The translations under genes were made by a program, and so were the position numbers. A stretch of 64,000 nt of DNA from Octopus bimaculoides (lineage: Eukaryota), in contig NC_069002.1 of assembly GCF_001194135.2 (NCBI RefSeq), forward strand, positions 34,153,909 through 34,217,908. Direction: 5' to 3'. Within the stretch, counting starts at the first letter, position 1; every line of letters begins with the position of its first letter. Under the pieces are notes generated by a model. It saw only the letters and a list, made by a program, of their open reading frames with translations. It was not told where the DNA came from and searched no databases. Positions 40,405 to 53,318 of this stretch are shown here, piece by piece.

Positions 40405-40730
40405 CATTTATGTATATGTACATGATTATATATGTATGTATGTATATGTGTATGCATATATGTATGTATATATATGTATGTATATGTATATGTACGTATG
40501 TATATTTATATATGTATGTGTATGTATATGTATATGTATGTGTATGTATATATATATGTATGTATATGTATGTGTATGTATATATATATGTATGTATATG
40601 TATGTGTATGTATATATGTATGTATATATATATATGTATGTGTATATATATCTATGTGCATATATGTATCTATGTGTATATATATATGTATGTATATATA
40701 TATACATGTATATGTGCGTGTGTGTGTGTA
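40405..40730. repeat. TATG/TA/TG microsatellite complex
   Basis: Seen directly. Confidence 0.95.
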
Positions 40731-41693
40731 TTAAAGTTTTAACGTGGTTGGTATTCACTCTTTTAATTAAATATTGAAATAGAGAAAATGCAAGGGAAAT
40801 TAATTTTGGCGGTAAGGACTAAACCCCTTGTTTCATTATATTTGAAAAGAAATTCTGATGTGTAGGATTGCGCAAGTTCACCCCTCTTCCCCCCACACAC
40901 ATATGCACATATACGCACGCGGATACACATGGATGGACTCTCATTTTGGAAGTATGTTAAAGCTTTTATTATTTTGGAATGAAGGACACAAACATAGGTG
41001 CTGAGCCAGTGACTAAACTTATAGCATTTTGTTGGGATTAATCCACTGAATTGACAGCAAAATAATTGCTTCTCTAAGAGTCGTTTACCTTTTAAAGCGT
41101 AAAAACAAAACCGACGTATATGACAGGTACGTAAAATATATTTCTGTCTATTTCTTTCTCTATTCATTCGGATAAGCTATAGAAATTTTTGCGTGCACGT
41201 GCACACAAAAATAAAACTTTTCCAGACATTTAGCTGTTGTTTTTAGCATATCGAGTTCCGTAATGAGGGCTTCACATGCCGTAGTCCTCTTGCTGTTTCA
41301 CTAGAAATTTACGCATGCGAAAAACGGACAAGACAGACATTCATTTTCACTTTTAGACAGCGGAATGTGGTGTGGATCAAATTTGGAGATTTTCATAAAG
41401 AATTTGAAACCAAATTGTTTTCCCCCATGTTCTTAATCTCTGTTTTTAACCACGTAGACTGAAACAAAAAGAAAAAAAAATCGATAAACAAGGTTAAAAA
41501 TGAATTATATTCGTTTGTTGGGGGTGGACTAAAATTTTGAATAGTTTTTTTTTTTTTAATTTTTACTAGGATATTCAGGATATGCGTCTTCGAAAAGATA
41601 ATGAAAAAAAAAATCGGAAACAATCTAGAAACATGAGTTTAAACCATCGTTCCCCAGAAGCAGCTGTTGTATTTGTTATAATTTCTTCAAACC

Positions 41694-41903
41694 AAGGTGA
41701 TGAACTGGCAGAAACGTTAGCACGCCGGGCGAAATGTTAGAGGTATTTCGTCTGTCTTTACGTTCCGAGTTCAAATTCCACCGAGGTCGACTTTGCTTTC
41801 ATCCTTTCGACTTCGATAAATTAAGTACGAGTTGCGTACTGGATTTGATCTAATTGGCTGGCCCCCTCCACAAAAATGTTTGTTCTTGTGACTAGAATAG
41901 AAA
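41694..41903 (+). mobile_element. SINE family B, full length
   Basis: A-box-like TGGCAGAAACGTTAG, B-box GAGTTCAAATTCC (41767-41779), GAGGTCGACTTTGC.TTTCATCCTTTCG body and an A-rich tail. Confidence 0.92.
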
Positions 41904-42779
41904 ATAATATTTTCTGCAACCCCTTTAATTCTTAATACCATTTTGTATGTAAACACACATACGCACACATATATGAATATACTCATATGAATGTGTGTTT
42001 GTGTGTGTATATATACTAATGTATATACAGATACATATATATTTGTGTATATATATTTATGCATGCAAATATGCCTTCACATGTATTTTCCTTTATTTTC
42101 TGTTATATAATATGATTATGATTATTCATTACGAAAATGAGGAACCGAGACGGAAAATGAGTTTCTGTAAAAGCTCTGGGCGTTCCAAAATGTATTTCTT
42201 TGCATGATGGAATTTGCTTTCTGTAATCCGGTTCTTTTACCGTTAGTTTATGATGAGATGGAAGAAATAATATTTCACGCAGACACACAGAAAATGGAAT
42301 AAATTAGTTTGCACTAAACTGAAAGATGTTTGTAGGGTAGGTGATTTTTCGTAAAAGTTACCAATTTGGGGTCATTGTTTCTGGATAGGAAGTGCGAAAA
42401 TTCTGGACCTTTAGAGCTGCACGGGCGTGGTTTCCACATCCATTTTGTCAGCTGTGATATGAATTTCTTGTACAAGAGTATGCAGCTGTCGCTAAACACA
42501 CTGTAGCATTTATATTAATTTTTTCTCCAACAGGGTACTATTACAGGATAATATGTGACTGTTTATATCTTCGAATGTCTTCTCAAGGGCACAATGAGGA
42601 AAGCTTCCCCAAGTTTCCATAACGATCTAAAGGATGAAGTGGAAGCTAAGGACGGTTACTTGGAGCAAACTGTTACTCCCAGTCCTAATCTAGTTGACAT
42701 CTGGTTGCTACTCTTATCTTTGATTAGATTATTGCGTTTCTTCACATGCAAACTGTCAAATGTAGGTGAACACAGTATG

Positions 42780-42831
<52 letters not shown>

Positions 42832-43368
42832 CATTTCTATATTATATGCATATAATAATATAGGTTTAATCAAAATATTAAATGTGGTACTTAAAATGTT
42901 TGAGGCACCAGAATTTGGTAGGGTAAAAACCAATTTGGTGAATTAAATTTGAAGAAAGCAACAAAAATTCAATAGGTTATAGCAGTACGTATGTTTCCTA
43001 CAAACTTCATTTATTCATGTAATGAGAACACTACATAACATGTGTAATGATAGTTATACCAGAGTTACTTCAGTAGCTTGGGATTCAAATGGTCATAGAT
43101 GTATAATATCTGCACCCAGATGAAAATAAGATACTGAAATCTACATGGAGTTGGGTAGGTGTTTTCAAGAAGCATCTTGTTATTCTGTTGTCAGAGATCC
43201 CAGGTCAATATATATATCACCACATGAAACTCAAACTAAGCAATTTCTGTCTCTCTTCCTCTCCAAAAATTAAACACAAAGAAGGGCCATTGAAGGGGTG
43301 CGAATACAGGCAGTGCCCGACCATGGCATTATGATTTAGACACAAAACACGTAAAAGAATTGTATACT

Positions 43369-43700
43369 GACTGTGTGGTAAGAAGCATGCTTCCAAACCA
43401 CACACTGCGTTTCACTTTCGGAAAGTGTCTTTTTCTATAGCCTCGGGCCAACTAAAGCCTTGTGAGTGTATATATGTGAAGGGATATATGTGTCTGTGTG
43501 TTTTTTTGTCTGGGTCTGTCCCCGAACCCATTACTTAACAGTCAATGTATGTGTGTCCACATAACTTAGCGGTTCGGCGTAACAAACAGATAGGAAATTA
43601 TCAGGCTTACAAAAGAAGTACTTGGGTCTATTCACGTGACTAAAACTTCAAGTCTATAGTACTCTAACCTGGCCGTAAGCAAACGTCTGTAACAAGTCTT
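43369..43700 (+). mobile_element. SINE family A, internally deleted and diverged
   Basis: CTGTGTGGTAAGAAGCATGCTTCC...CTATAGCCTCGGGCC.ACTAAAGCCTTGTGAGTG...AACTTAGCGGTTCGG. Confidence 0.85.
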
Positions 43701-44400
43701 TTGGACCAGTTTCTACATAAATTTCAATACATTCTTTGTTTACCACCTCAATCATGTTTTTTTTTGTTTAACATATTACCCCCCCCCCCATATTTGTCTT
43801 CTGTATTAAAAGCTCATTATACATCATCATCGATGTTTTCTTTACAAATTCCGTATTCTCTTAAGTTGTATCATCTAAATTTAATTTTTGTTTTCATTTC
43901 TTAATTTTCTATACCCGCACCCACACACACACGCACGTACATGAAAGAAGTATATTGTGTATATACATCAAGCATCCATTTTATTAATTTATTACCCTTT
44001 GTGTGCTGGAGTGTGTAGAGTTTTCTTACATTTTTCTTTTTTGCAGTTTTTTGACACCGGTTACTTTACAAGATCTGTTTTATGTAGAAAGTTATTTCCA
44101 ATAAATATTCTTCAAGTAAACATTTTATTTAATTTTTAGGAATATATTTTCAGGAATTCCCTTTAGTTTTACAGAATTTGAACATCAACGCAATATAGTT
44201 TTATATTTTTCTCCTCATCTATTTTTTTAACCTTCATACAATTTTCATCTTTGTAACGTATTATTAATAACCTTTCCAGCCTTTTATCTGTAACTTTTTT
44301 TTACTCTAAACCTCACTTTAACATTATTTCTGGTGTGTATCCTATTTACTTATAATTTTTCATTGTATAGTCTATTAATTTACATTGACCTATCACTCTA

Positions 44401-44772
44401 TTATCCTTTCTACTTTTACTCGATTCACTCATTAGACTGCAGTCATGCTGGGGCACCGCCTTGAAGAATTTCAGTCGAGTGAATCGAACTTGGTATTGAT
44501 TTTCCTTCAATACCAGGTAATTATTCTGAGTCTTTTGTGCTGAAGCACTAAATTATAGTGACCTAATCATATCAACAGTCGGTAAACAAACAAACACACA
44601 CACACACACATCGGAAATCTTTCGGTTACGGTCTACCAAATTCCCTCACATGTCTTTGTTCTGTCCGAGGTTATAGTAGAATTCACTCGCCCAAGGTGCC
44701 ACACAGTGGGACTGATCGCAGAAGCATGTAACTGAGAGACAGACCTCTTACTACACTGTCAGGCCTGCGTCT
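44401..44772 (-). mobile_element. SINE family A, full length, diverged
   Basis: Tail, body, internal (CA)n, CORE-like GCCCAAGGTGCCAC.CAGTGGGACTGA and the head are all recognisable on the reverse complement. Confidence 0.88.
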
Positions 44773-47174
44773 ATGTTATAATTATATTCACTGTACGTCT
44801 ATCTGTTAGACTTCTCTCTAGATACGAATATAACGTGCACCAGAAACAAAATCGGTCTGACATTAAATTTCGCTAAAGCTACCAAATATTTCAGGATTTT
44901 ATTCATTTCACAGCTTACTTGCCAAATTAAATGAGTTAACTTCCATGTGATCGGTAACGTATATTATATCTTAATCTATTATCATTATATGCATTACATT
45001 TAAAATTTTCTTCCTAAATGCTATTTATCACCACACACACACACACACGCACGCACACGCACATGCACGCACACACACACATGCGCGTGTATATATATGT
45101 GCCTATTGAGTTCCTGAAATAGCAGAAATTACTCACGTAGGATTAAAATTTATCTAGTGATGTTCTTTGCAGAATTAGTGTGTTCAAATTCAGTTATATT
45201 TCTCTATCAGTAAAAGTTTGCCTATCGCATAGATTCATCTCCGAGAAAAGAAGATACTACTATAAAGCAATAATTTAGTCTTTAAATGTATTTCTTTTCA
45301 GTATATTCATGGTAGACTGAAGAAGAAATGGCATACAATTGTGTTCTAAGTAACTGTTTATTTATGATTTTCTTGACAAGAATTGTTGATTATTCCAGTT
45401 GTGCAACGCATTCTATACATATTTTTACATGAGGGACCCGTTCATGGGTCGATAAAGTATTTGCTGTTAGTGAAGAAGATTTATGATAGACAATAACTGA
45501 CTCTTACAACAAGCATCTGTGATCTTTTCAGTGCCAAATAAAATACTTCTGGTATGCAGTTCCGTGGCTTTGAATATTTAACTCAGTATTCGATTTCATA
45601 AGCACCAATGAACACAGATTGCTTCAATTGTGGGCTCTCCTCAAATACGATAAATAGCATCCGATTTCGAATAAATTTCTATTTTACCACCTTGTAAAAA
45701 ATGGATTCATTGAACCATGTCCAACGTGGGCATTACCATAATGAAAGACTGAAAGGTGTCGTTTGGAAGGCCGTTTCTGATTTTCCTTTTTACGTAATAT
45801 TTTGTGTTGAGGGAATGCAAAAGGCGATTAAACAAATCATAATATATTGTAGTATTTGCTACCAGTTCACAATTATATGGACAGCGATATGATGTTGACA
45901 ATTAACTATCCTATACTGGAACTCATTTGGTACGCCATCGTGCGTAGAATCAATAAAATATACTAATTAATTTGTATCTTAGCTCATCTGCAATAATTAA
46001 AAACTACAGAAGGATTATAAGTTCAGTGAAGTCATAAGTCAGGCTTATTCGGAACACATAAAACCATATATGATCTCACTCAATCACGCTGCTTTTAATT
46101 TTCCTTTTATAGTAATTGCATCGATATTTGATATCACATATCTAGCAGTACATAAAGTGACTGGCTTTGTGAGGAAGCGTGTTTAAACTATACACTATTC
46201 ATCTCGGTTGAGAGACGGCTTCAAGTCAGGTAGAATGATACAGGATCTCACTTCCTGACCACTTCTCATTTTACTTGTACACTAATTACCAAATGCACAC
46301 TACAATATTATTTATGCACAAGAAAGTGGTGATATATCAAAAACACTTTCTAGGGGAATATGTTTTTAGGAGAAATATGTTTTTATGGGGAATATGGATG
46401 TGACTAAACTGAAGAACAAAGCACAAAAATGATGAAAAATAAACTCTTTCGGTTGTTAAATACATTTATTTAAACACTGCCTTAAACCCTTAGTTTTCTT
46501 AAGAACAAAATTAAAAAAAGCTGTTTTACATGGAAGAAATAAATTCCTATTAGTTTATATGTAATTATGCAAATATGCTAACTACTAAAATCTACATCGA
46601 CTGAAGATCGATTACATTATATTGATTAGTATTAATACATAGCTAGGTTGACTGAGATAACTTATGTGGGTCTAACATCAACAAAGTTGAATGGAATTAT
46701 ACGTGATCAACAAACATTAACTCATCGTTTATTCGCTTCGTAATGTTAATGTAAAACATATTAAATACCGAACAAGCCTCGGTAAATCTTTGCAGATGAT
46801 CAATGAATTATTTTCTAGTGTGTGTTGCATATATTTCATAAGACAGAAATAGCAGAAACTATACCTCAAGATCATTAATATATGCCGATCCTGAATATTA
46901 ACATATTCACCTCTAGTTTATTCAAATCAGTATCTCCAGATAATTTGACTGTATACCAAACGTTGAGTATATTGTCTCTTCAGAATATTAAATAAAATCC
47001 ACACCATTAGCTCAGAAAAAAATACTTCTCATTACTGCAATTCTGTCGATGGATCAATAAAAACAATCCCACGAGATCATAAGATGTAGTTCTACACGTT
47101 CCAAAATCTATATCTCGAGATTATTAAATCTGTTTTATACATATCATTTAACTACTTAAATTTAGTTAGTAATA

Positions 47175-47358
47175 TTCTTTTCTACATAATGCACAAGGCC
47201 TGAAATCTTTAGAGACGAAACCAATCGATTACATCGACACCATTGTATAGCCAATACATAATTTATCAACTCTGAAAGGACGAACGGCAAAGTCGACCTC
47301 GGTGGAATTAGTACTTAAATGTATACGAAATGCCGTTAAGTTCTTTGCCAGGTGTGAT
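47175..47358 (-). mobile_element. SINE family B, diverged
   Basis: TTCTTT.CTAC.TAA.GCACAAGGCCTGAAAT...GGCAAAGTCGACCTCGGTGGAAT...CGAAATGCCG.TAAG. Confidence 0.82.
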
Positions 47359-47372
47359 ATTGCAATTCATCG

Positions 47373-47568
47373 AGGCGGCGAGTTGGCTGAACCGTTAGCA
47401 CGCCGGATAAAATGCTGATTACATTCGGAGTTCAAATTCCGCCATGTTCGACCTTGCCTTTTATCTTTTCAAGGTAGATAAAATAAGTACCGGTTGAGTA
47501 TCAGGGTGGATGTAATCAAATCACTCCACACCTAGATATTGCTGGCCTTGTACCAACATTTGAAACCA
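47373..47568 (+). mobile_element. SINE family B
   Basis: AGGCGGCGAGTTGGCTGAACCGTTAGCACGCCGG...GAGTTCAAATTCCGCC...GATAAAATAAGTACC...GGCCTTGTACCAACATTTGAAACC. Confidence 0.88.
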
Positions 47569-48719
47569 ATGTTGCTACGCATTTACCAATCCATCTTCTT
47601 ACAGCTCACAATTCCTGGTAGCAGAATCCCTCATCGTCTCGATTTAGTTTCATTCTCAAATCTGACCAACAGAGAATTTTTATATTTTCCAATCATCACA
47701 TTCTCCTTTGTCTCCTGCCAGTTGATTCCGCTAGAAGAATTCGATTCTTACCTATGACATTCGTAGCACATGTACATAGTACCAGAACTGTAGCCTCTGA
47801 ATGTAGAGGAAATACCTACATATTGTTTGTTAAAATATGTCCTTCATGGTCATTGAATTCTGTTCGTCAATATGATGCTCGCATGTTACAGAAGGAAAAG
47901 AAATCAACTTCGTCGAACTGAATATATCTAGATTCTAGACGATTCCATGGAGATGTTTGATGTTATCAACACGGTGTGACACATTGATTCCCGCAACGAC
48001 GACCAAGCTACAGAAATGTAGAGCAGAAGATCATATGGACAGTGGTCGCACAACATCTCTCAAGGGAGTTGGGGGGGGGGTAAATAACCGACAGAATAAT
48101 TTTATAGGAAGAATAAAATATCGAAATTTACATAGAATAAAGCTGACTCTGACCAGCATTTCGGAATGTATAATTTTGTCAGCCACATCAAAGATTGGTT
48201 CTCTTATTTTATATTCAATATAATGGTATTCTTCTATCAATGGAGATATTTGTAGCAACTTGATCGTTTGTAGCGTGATTGCGTAGATAGCATAGATAGA
48301 CGGTAGTCATATTAATCAAACTGGCAAATCATCTGAGACTTATTTCTAAAAAGACTGATTAATTATCAACCGTGGCTCGTAATTACTCAAACGCCTTCCA
48401 GTCATATCGTCCCTTATTGAATTCTATTAGGAAGAATAGCAAGAAGTTTTTGAAATATTCATAAAAAGAATAATGGAGAAACAATGACGAACACTATCAC
48501 CATCACCGTCATCGTCATGGCCCCCTCGATACCGTCATTGTCGACGTTGTCGTCGCCGGCGTCTTCATCGTCAACATTATCTGTTAGAACACTAACAAAA
48601 ATATGAGTATTAGTAATATCATCAGTGATACCACGATAGCGAAGGCAACGGCAGCCATTGGTACGGGAGCACTCTCGGTACATTTCCACATATACGTATA
48701 GACGCACCTAAATCCATGC

Positions 48720-48747
48720 ATGCCTCCATCCATCCATACATACATAC

Positions 48748-48785
<38 letters not shown>

Positions 48786-48803
48786 ATATACATACACACA
48801 CAC

Positions 48804-48835
<32 letters not shown>

Positions 48836-50105
48836 GTATACACAAACATGTGCATACGCGTATGTGTTCACCTATGCGTGTATATGTATGTTTGTGTGTG
48901 TGAGTGTGTGGGTGTATATGTATATATATATGTATGTATATATATATGTATGTATATATATATATATATGTATATATTTATGTATATATTTATGTATGTA
49001 TATATATATATATTTATGTATATATTTATGTATGTATGTATATATATATATATATATGTATATATTTANNNNNNNNNNNNNNNNNNNNNNNNNNNNNNNN
49101 NNNNNNNNNNNNNNNNNNNNNNNNNNNNNNNNNNNNNNNNNNNNNNNNNNNNNNNNNNNNNNNNNNNNNNNNNNNNNNNNNNNNNNNNNNNNNNNNNNNN
49201 NNNNNNNNNNNNNNNNNNNNNNNNNNNNNNNNNNNNNNNNNNNNNNNNNNNNNNNNNNNNNNNNNNNNNNNNNNNNNNNNNNNNNNNNNNNNNNNNNNNN
49301 NNNNNNNNNNNNNNNNNNNNNNNNNNNNNNNNNNNNNNNNNNNNNNNNNNNNNNNNNNNNNNNNNNNNNNNNNNNNNNNNNNNNNNNNNNNNNNNNNNNN
49401 NNNNNNNNNNNNNNNNNNNNNNNNNNNNNNNNNNNNNNNNNNNNNNNNNNNNNNNNNNNNNNNNNNNNNNNNNNNNNNNNNNNNNNNNNNNNNNNNNNNN
49501 NNNNNNNNNNNNNNNNNNNNNNNNNNNNNNNNNNNNNNNNNNNNNNNNNNNNNNNNNNNNNNNNNNNNNNNNNNNNNNNNNNNNNNNNNNNNNNNNNNNN
49601 NNNNNNNNNNNNNNNNNNNNNNNNNNNNNNNNNNNNNNNNNNNNNNNNNNNNNNNNNNNNNNNNNNNNNNNNNNNNNNNNNNNNNNNNNNNNNNNNNNNN
49701 NNNNNNNNNNNNNNNNNNNNNNNNNNNNNNNNNNNNNNNNNNNNNNNNNNNNNNNNNNNNNNNNNNNNNNNNNNNNNNNNNNNNNNNNNNNNNNNNNNNN
49801 NNNNNNNNNNNNNNNNNNNNNNNNNNNNNNNNNNNNNNNNNNNNTATATATATAAACATATATGTATGTGTATGTATATGTATAAACATGTTTGTGTGTG
49901 TGTATACACATGTATGCATATATGTTTGTGTGTGTGTATACACATGTATGCATATATATGTTTGTGTGTATATATACACTCATGTATATAAACAAACATA
50001 TATAGACATGTATATAAATACAAATATATGTGCATGTGTGTATACGCGTATGTGTTCGCCTATGCGTGTATATGTATGTTTGTGTGTGTGAGTGTGTGGG
50101 TGTAT
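48720..50105. repeat. Microsatellite complex around the largest gap (about 49069-49844)
   Basis: Seen directly. Confidence 0.95.
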
Positions 50106-50327
50106 TAGTTCACAAGTGCAATATGCATTACGGAAAGCTAAAATGTTATCAAGAAAGGAAATGTATTCTGTAATAATGGATATGTTTAGCATAAATTAAC
50201 GTAAAAATAAGCCTGATGTCATACACATATAAGCAGAAATAACATCAATGTCAAATGAGCGATAACCACTCTATGTTGACGCTAGGCTTGCTAGAAACAC
50301 GAACCTAATATCGCCTCAATTCATATT

Positions 50328-50692
50328 TTTTTTCTTCTCTAGGCCTAAGGCCAGAACTTTGGGGGGAAGGGGAAAGTCGATTAGATCGATCCCAGTACGT
50401 AACTGCTGGTTAATTTATCGACGTCGAAATTATGAAAGGCAAAGTCGACCTCGGCGGAGTTTGAACTCAGATCGTAAGGACAGACGAAATATCGCTAAAC
50501 ATTTCACCCGGCATGCTAACGTTTCTTATTTCATTATCGCCCACAAGGGGCTAAACATGGAGGGGACAAACAAGGACAGACAAACGGATTAAGTCGACCT
50601 CGGCGGAATTTGAACTCAGAACGTAACGGCAGACGAAGTACCGCTGAAGCATTTCGCCCGGCGTGCTATCGATTCTGCCAGCTCACCGCCTT
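50328..50692 (-). mobile_element. Dimeric SINE family B element bounded by a 14-bp TSD
   Basis: Two B-box units in tandem. CCTCAATTCATATT at 50314-50327 and 50693-50706. Confidence 0.92.
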
Positions 50693-50954
50693 CCTCAATT
50701 CATATTCTGTAGTCTAAAATCAGTTGTAAGGTGGATAACTTAATCATTGATATAGTATTTATGAAGGCAAAGAAAGGAAGGGAAAAAGGACAATACCAAA
50801 TTCTCTTTGGTTATAGATGGTGAAGATCAAGTCTCAACTAGATTTAAAGAAACGTAAAATCAGCAACACAGAAAGAGTAATTCATCGATTATTCATGTGG
50901 AGGAAAATATAACCGTAAAAAGACGTCTATATATATATATATATATATATATAT

Positions 50955-51041
50955 TCTTTAACTTAAGCCGTATGACTTTGGCCATGCTGGAGCACCGCCT
51001 TAAAATATCTAGACGAAGAAATCGACCCCAGGACTTATCCT
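50955..51041 (-). mobile_element. SINE family A, 3' tail fragment
   Basis: TGACT.TGGCCATGCTGGAGCACCGCCTT...ATCGACCCCAGGACTTAT. Confidence 0.85.
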
Positions 51042-52225
51042 GTTTGCATCCACAGTTGTGTTGGTTGCTTCTTCTACTGCTTCGGTTGGATGTTCTTCAG
51101 TTTCTTGTACTGTTGGAGAAATTCGTGCCATCAGTTTTGTTTTGGTTTTTACTTTTGTTTGTGTTCACGTTGTGAGTGTACTTGTAACGAAGATTGTGGG
51201 AAGGGTGCGCACCGATACTGCTGCAACAGGGTGGAAAATAGTTTGGGGTGGACTTTGGTGATGGTTCGGAGTATTGTTTTTCATGGTACGTCGAGTCCCA
51301 GGGAGATGGGTAAAATTACAATCTTGCTGTAAACATACTCTCTCACGTTGGGAGTAACGGCAGATTTTAGGGTTACGATTTCTTGATTTTTATGGTGTTG
51401 CAGTAGTGGAAAGAAATTTACGGGGGTAGTTTCTATTGCTTCAGTGTCTTGTTCCTAGAAAACGAGTGAAATTAGTCACTGTTTGTACATAACTTTTCAT
51501 GTAGGGAGTGACGGCATAATTTTGGATTGCGACTTGAACTTGTGATTGTTGTAGAGGGGAGGGGATTGTAAATAGTGTGAGATTTAGAATTGTTTGACTT
51601 TAATGGAAATAGATTAGTGGGGACTGGAGAGGGGAGGAGGAGCAGTGATTGATTTTCTATACGGGCTGAGATAGTAGTAGTAGTAACAATGATACTTGAG
51701 TTTGTTAGTGGAACTGTGGGAGGAGTTAGGAGTGGTTGGGATTGGTCACTAGCAGGGTTAAAATGGAATGTTTGTCTTTGGCCACTAAGTGTTGTTGTAG
51801 CAGTAGGAAGGTAGGAGGAGAAGATGAAGGGGAAGTAGTTGATGAGGAGTAGCAGTAGAGATGGAAATAGTGACGACAACGATGATGGTAGTGTGTCTAT
51901 TGTGATAAGGTGGCCATGATCCTGTTGTTCTTTTAGCTGCTGATGTGATTGTTGTTGTTCATCATGGGCTGCGGTGGATAAAAAAAATTCGACCTAGTTT
52001 ATCGACGTGGTTACTCACGGTGCGATACGAAGTAGAGATATGCTTCAGTTTATTTTCTATGTGTCTCAATTCGGTTATTAAAGAAACGAACAACTCTTTT
52101 AGCAATGAGATTGGAGTTTGAGGCATGTATATTATCAATTTGAAAGAGAATGAACCATGAGTTAATGAGAGTATCCACTTCAATATCCGACCAGATGATA
52201 GTCTAATAGACAAGCTGTCTTAACA
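51042..52225 (-). mobile_element. Probable degenerate 5' ORF region of a Penelope-like or other retroelement
   Basis: A 1.2-kb A/C-biased minus strand with broken frames: helical N-terminal segment (ELFVSLITELRHIENKLKHIS), long S/T/P-rich linker, basic RTSNRSSRRSN patch. No RT motifs are visible, so the family call is inferred. Confidence 0.5.
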
Positions 52226-52234
52226 CATATATAT

Positions 52235-52505
52235 NNNNNNNNNNNNNNNNNNNNNNNNNNNNNNNNNNNNNNNNNNNNNNNNNNNNNNNNNNNNNNNNNN
52301 NNNNNNNNNNNNNNNNNNNNNNNNNNNNNNNNNNNNNNNNNNNNNNNNNNNNNNNNNNNNNNNNNNNNNNNNNNNNNNNNNNNNNNNNNNNNNNNNNNNN
52401 NNNNNNNNNNNNNNNNNNNNNNNNNNNNNNNNNNNNNNNNNNNNNNNNNNNNNNNNNNNNNNNNNNNNNNNNNNNNNNNNNNNNNNNNNNNNNNNNNNNN
52501 NNNNN
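52235..52505. other. Assembly gap
   Basis: N-run. Confidence 1.
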
Positions 52506-52631
52506 CTAACCCTAAGCCTATCCTTAAACCGCGTGTGCAAATGAATACGTGTTTAGGGTTAGGAATAGTTAGGGTTAGGATCGACCACTCACGACTAGCT
52601 AGCGCGGACGGGTCCGCGCTGCTTTAGTAGT
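52506..52631 (+). mobile_element. Candidate Helitron-like 3' end with an upstream telomere-like fold-back
   Basis: Perfect GC-rich inverted repeat AGCGCGGAC-GG-GTCCGCGCT (52601-52620) followed by GCTTTAGTAG|T. Preceded by a CTAACCCTAA...TTAGGGTTAG inverted repeat. Confidence 0.5.
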
Positions 52632-52634
52632 ACC

Positions 52635-52679
<45 letters not shown>

Positions 52680-53318
52680 CTTTTACTCGTTTCAGTCATC
52701 AGACTTCGGCCATGCTGCAATCTATCTATTTCTATGGCTGTATGTGTCTCTCTATTAATAACATTGCATTTGATTGTGTATGTGTTTCTGTGGCATGCTT
52801 TATTTACTAAAAGCTGGAGCAGATTCATGAGCGAAGGCTGTTAGGTATACACACACTCTATATGTGTGCGTGAGTGTAGGTTTGTTTATGTTTAAGTGAC
52901 ACGAACGTGTTGTACGTGTTAGTGCTGTATTAATTAATACCACCGTATTTCTCAATCATTCCTCTATCACACAAACATCACATTCTCAGACCTTCTCTTC
53001 TGTTATATAATGGAGAAAGTACATGATTTGCATTTTTTATTGGATAGGTGGATAGTTTAGTGCTGAGCAAATGATGCAAAAGTGTGATTCTATTAGAATT
53101 ACATGATTTGCGTGATAACTACAGACAACAATCAACTTCGGATATATAAAGCATAACATTATAAATTACAGATTCTGTGATTGTTACTACTATATATATA
53201 TATATTATATACGCTTGTATATTTTTTAGTGCACCCATTTATATATATTCAAATCTTGCTCCTGGATCAATAAACCCAATGAAATCATCTCCATTTTCGT
53301 CATGCTCACTAAAACAGA

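Noticed and set aside
43930-44390. A-rich minus strand suggestive of an old LINE C-terminus
   Set aside because: No intact motif could be read; composition alone is insufficient.
45300-47170. Repeat-poor, coding-looking stretch (possible receptor or cadherin pseudogene)
   Set aside because: Manual translation gave frequent stops in the frames tried and no recognisable motif. A profile search would be needed to revive it.
50800-50850. TCTTTGGTTAT, matching the 5' end of miR-9, in a loose hairpin
   Set aside because: The match stops after 11 nt and the stem has too many mismatches for a pre-miRNA.
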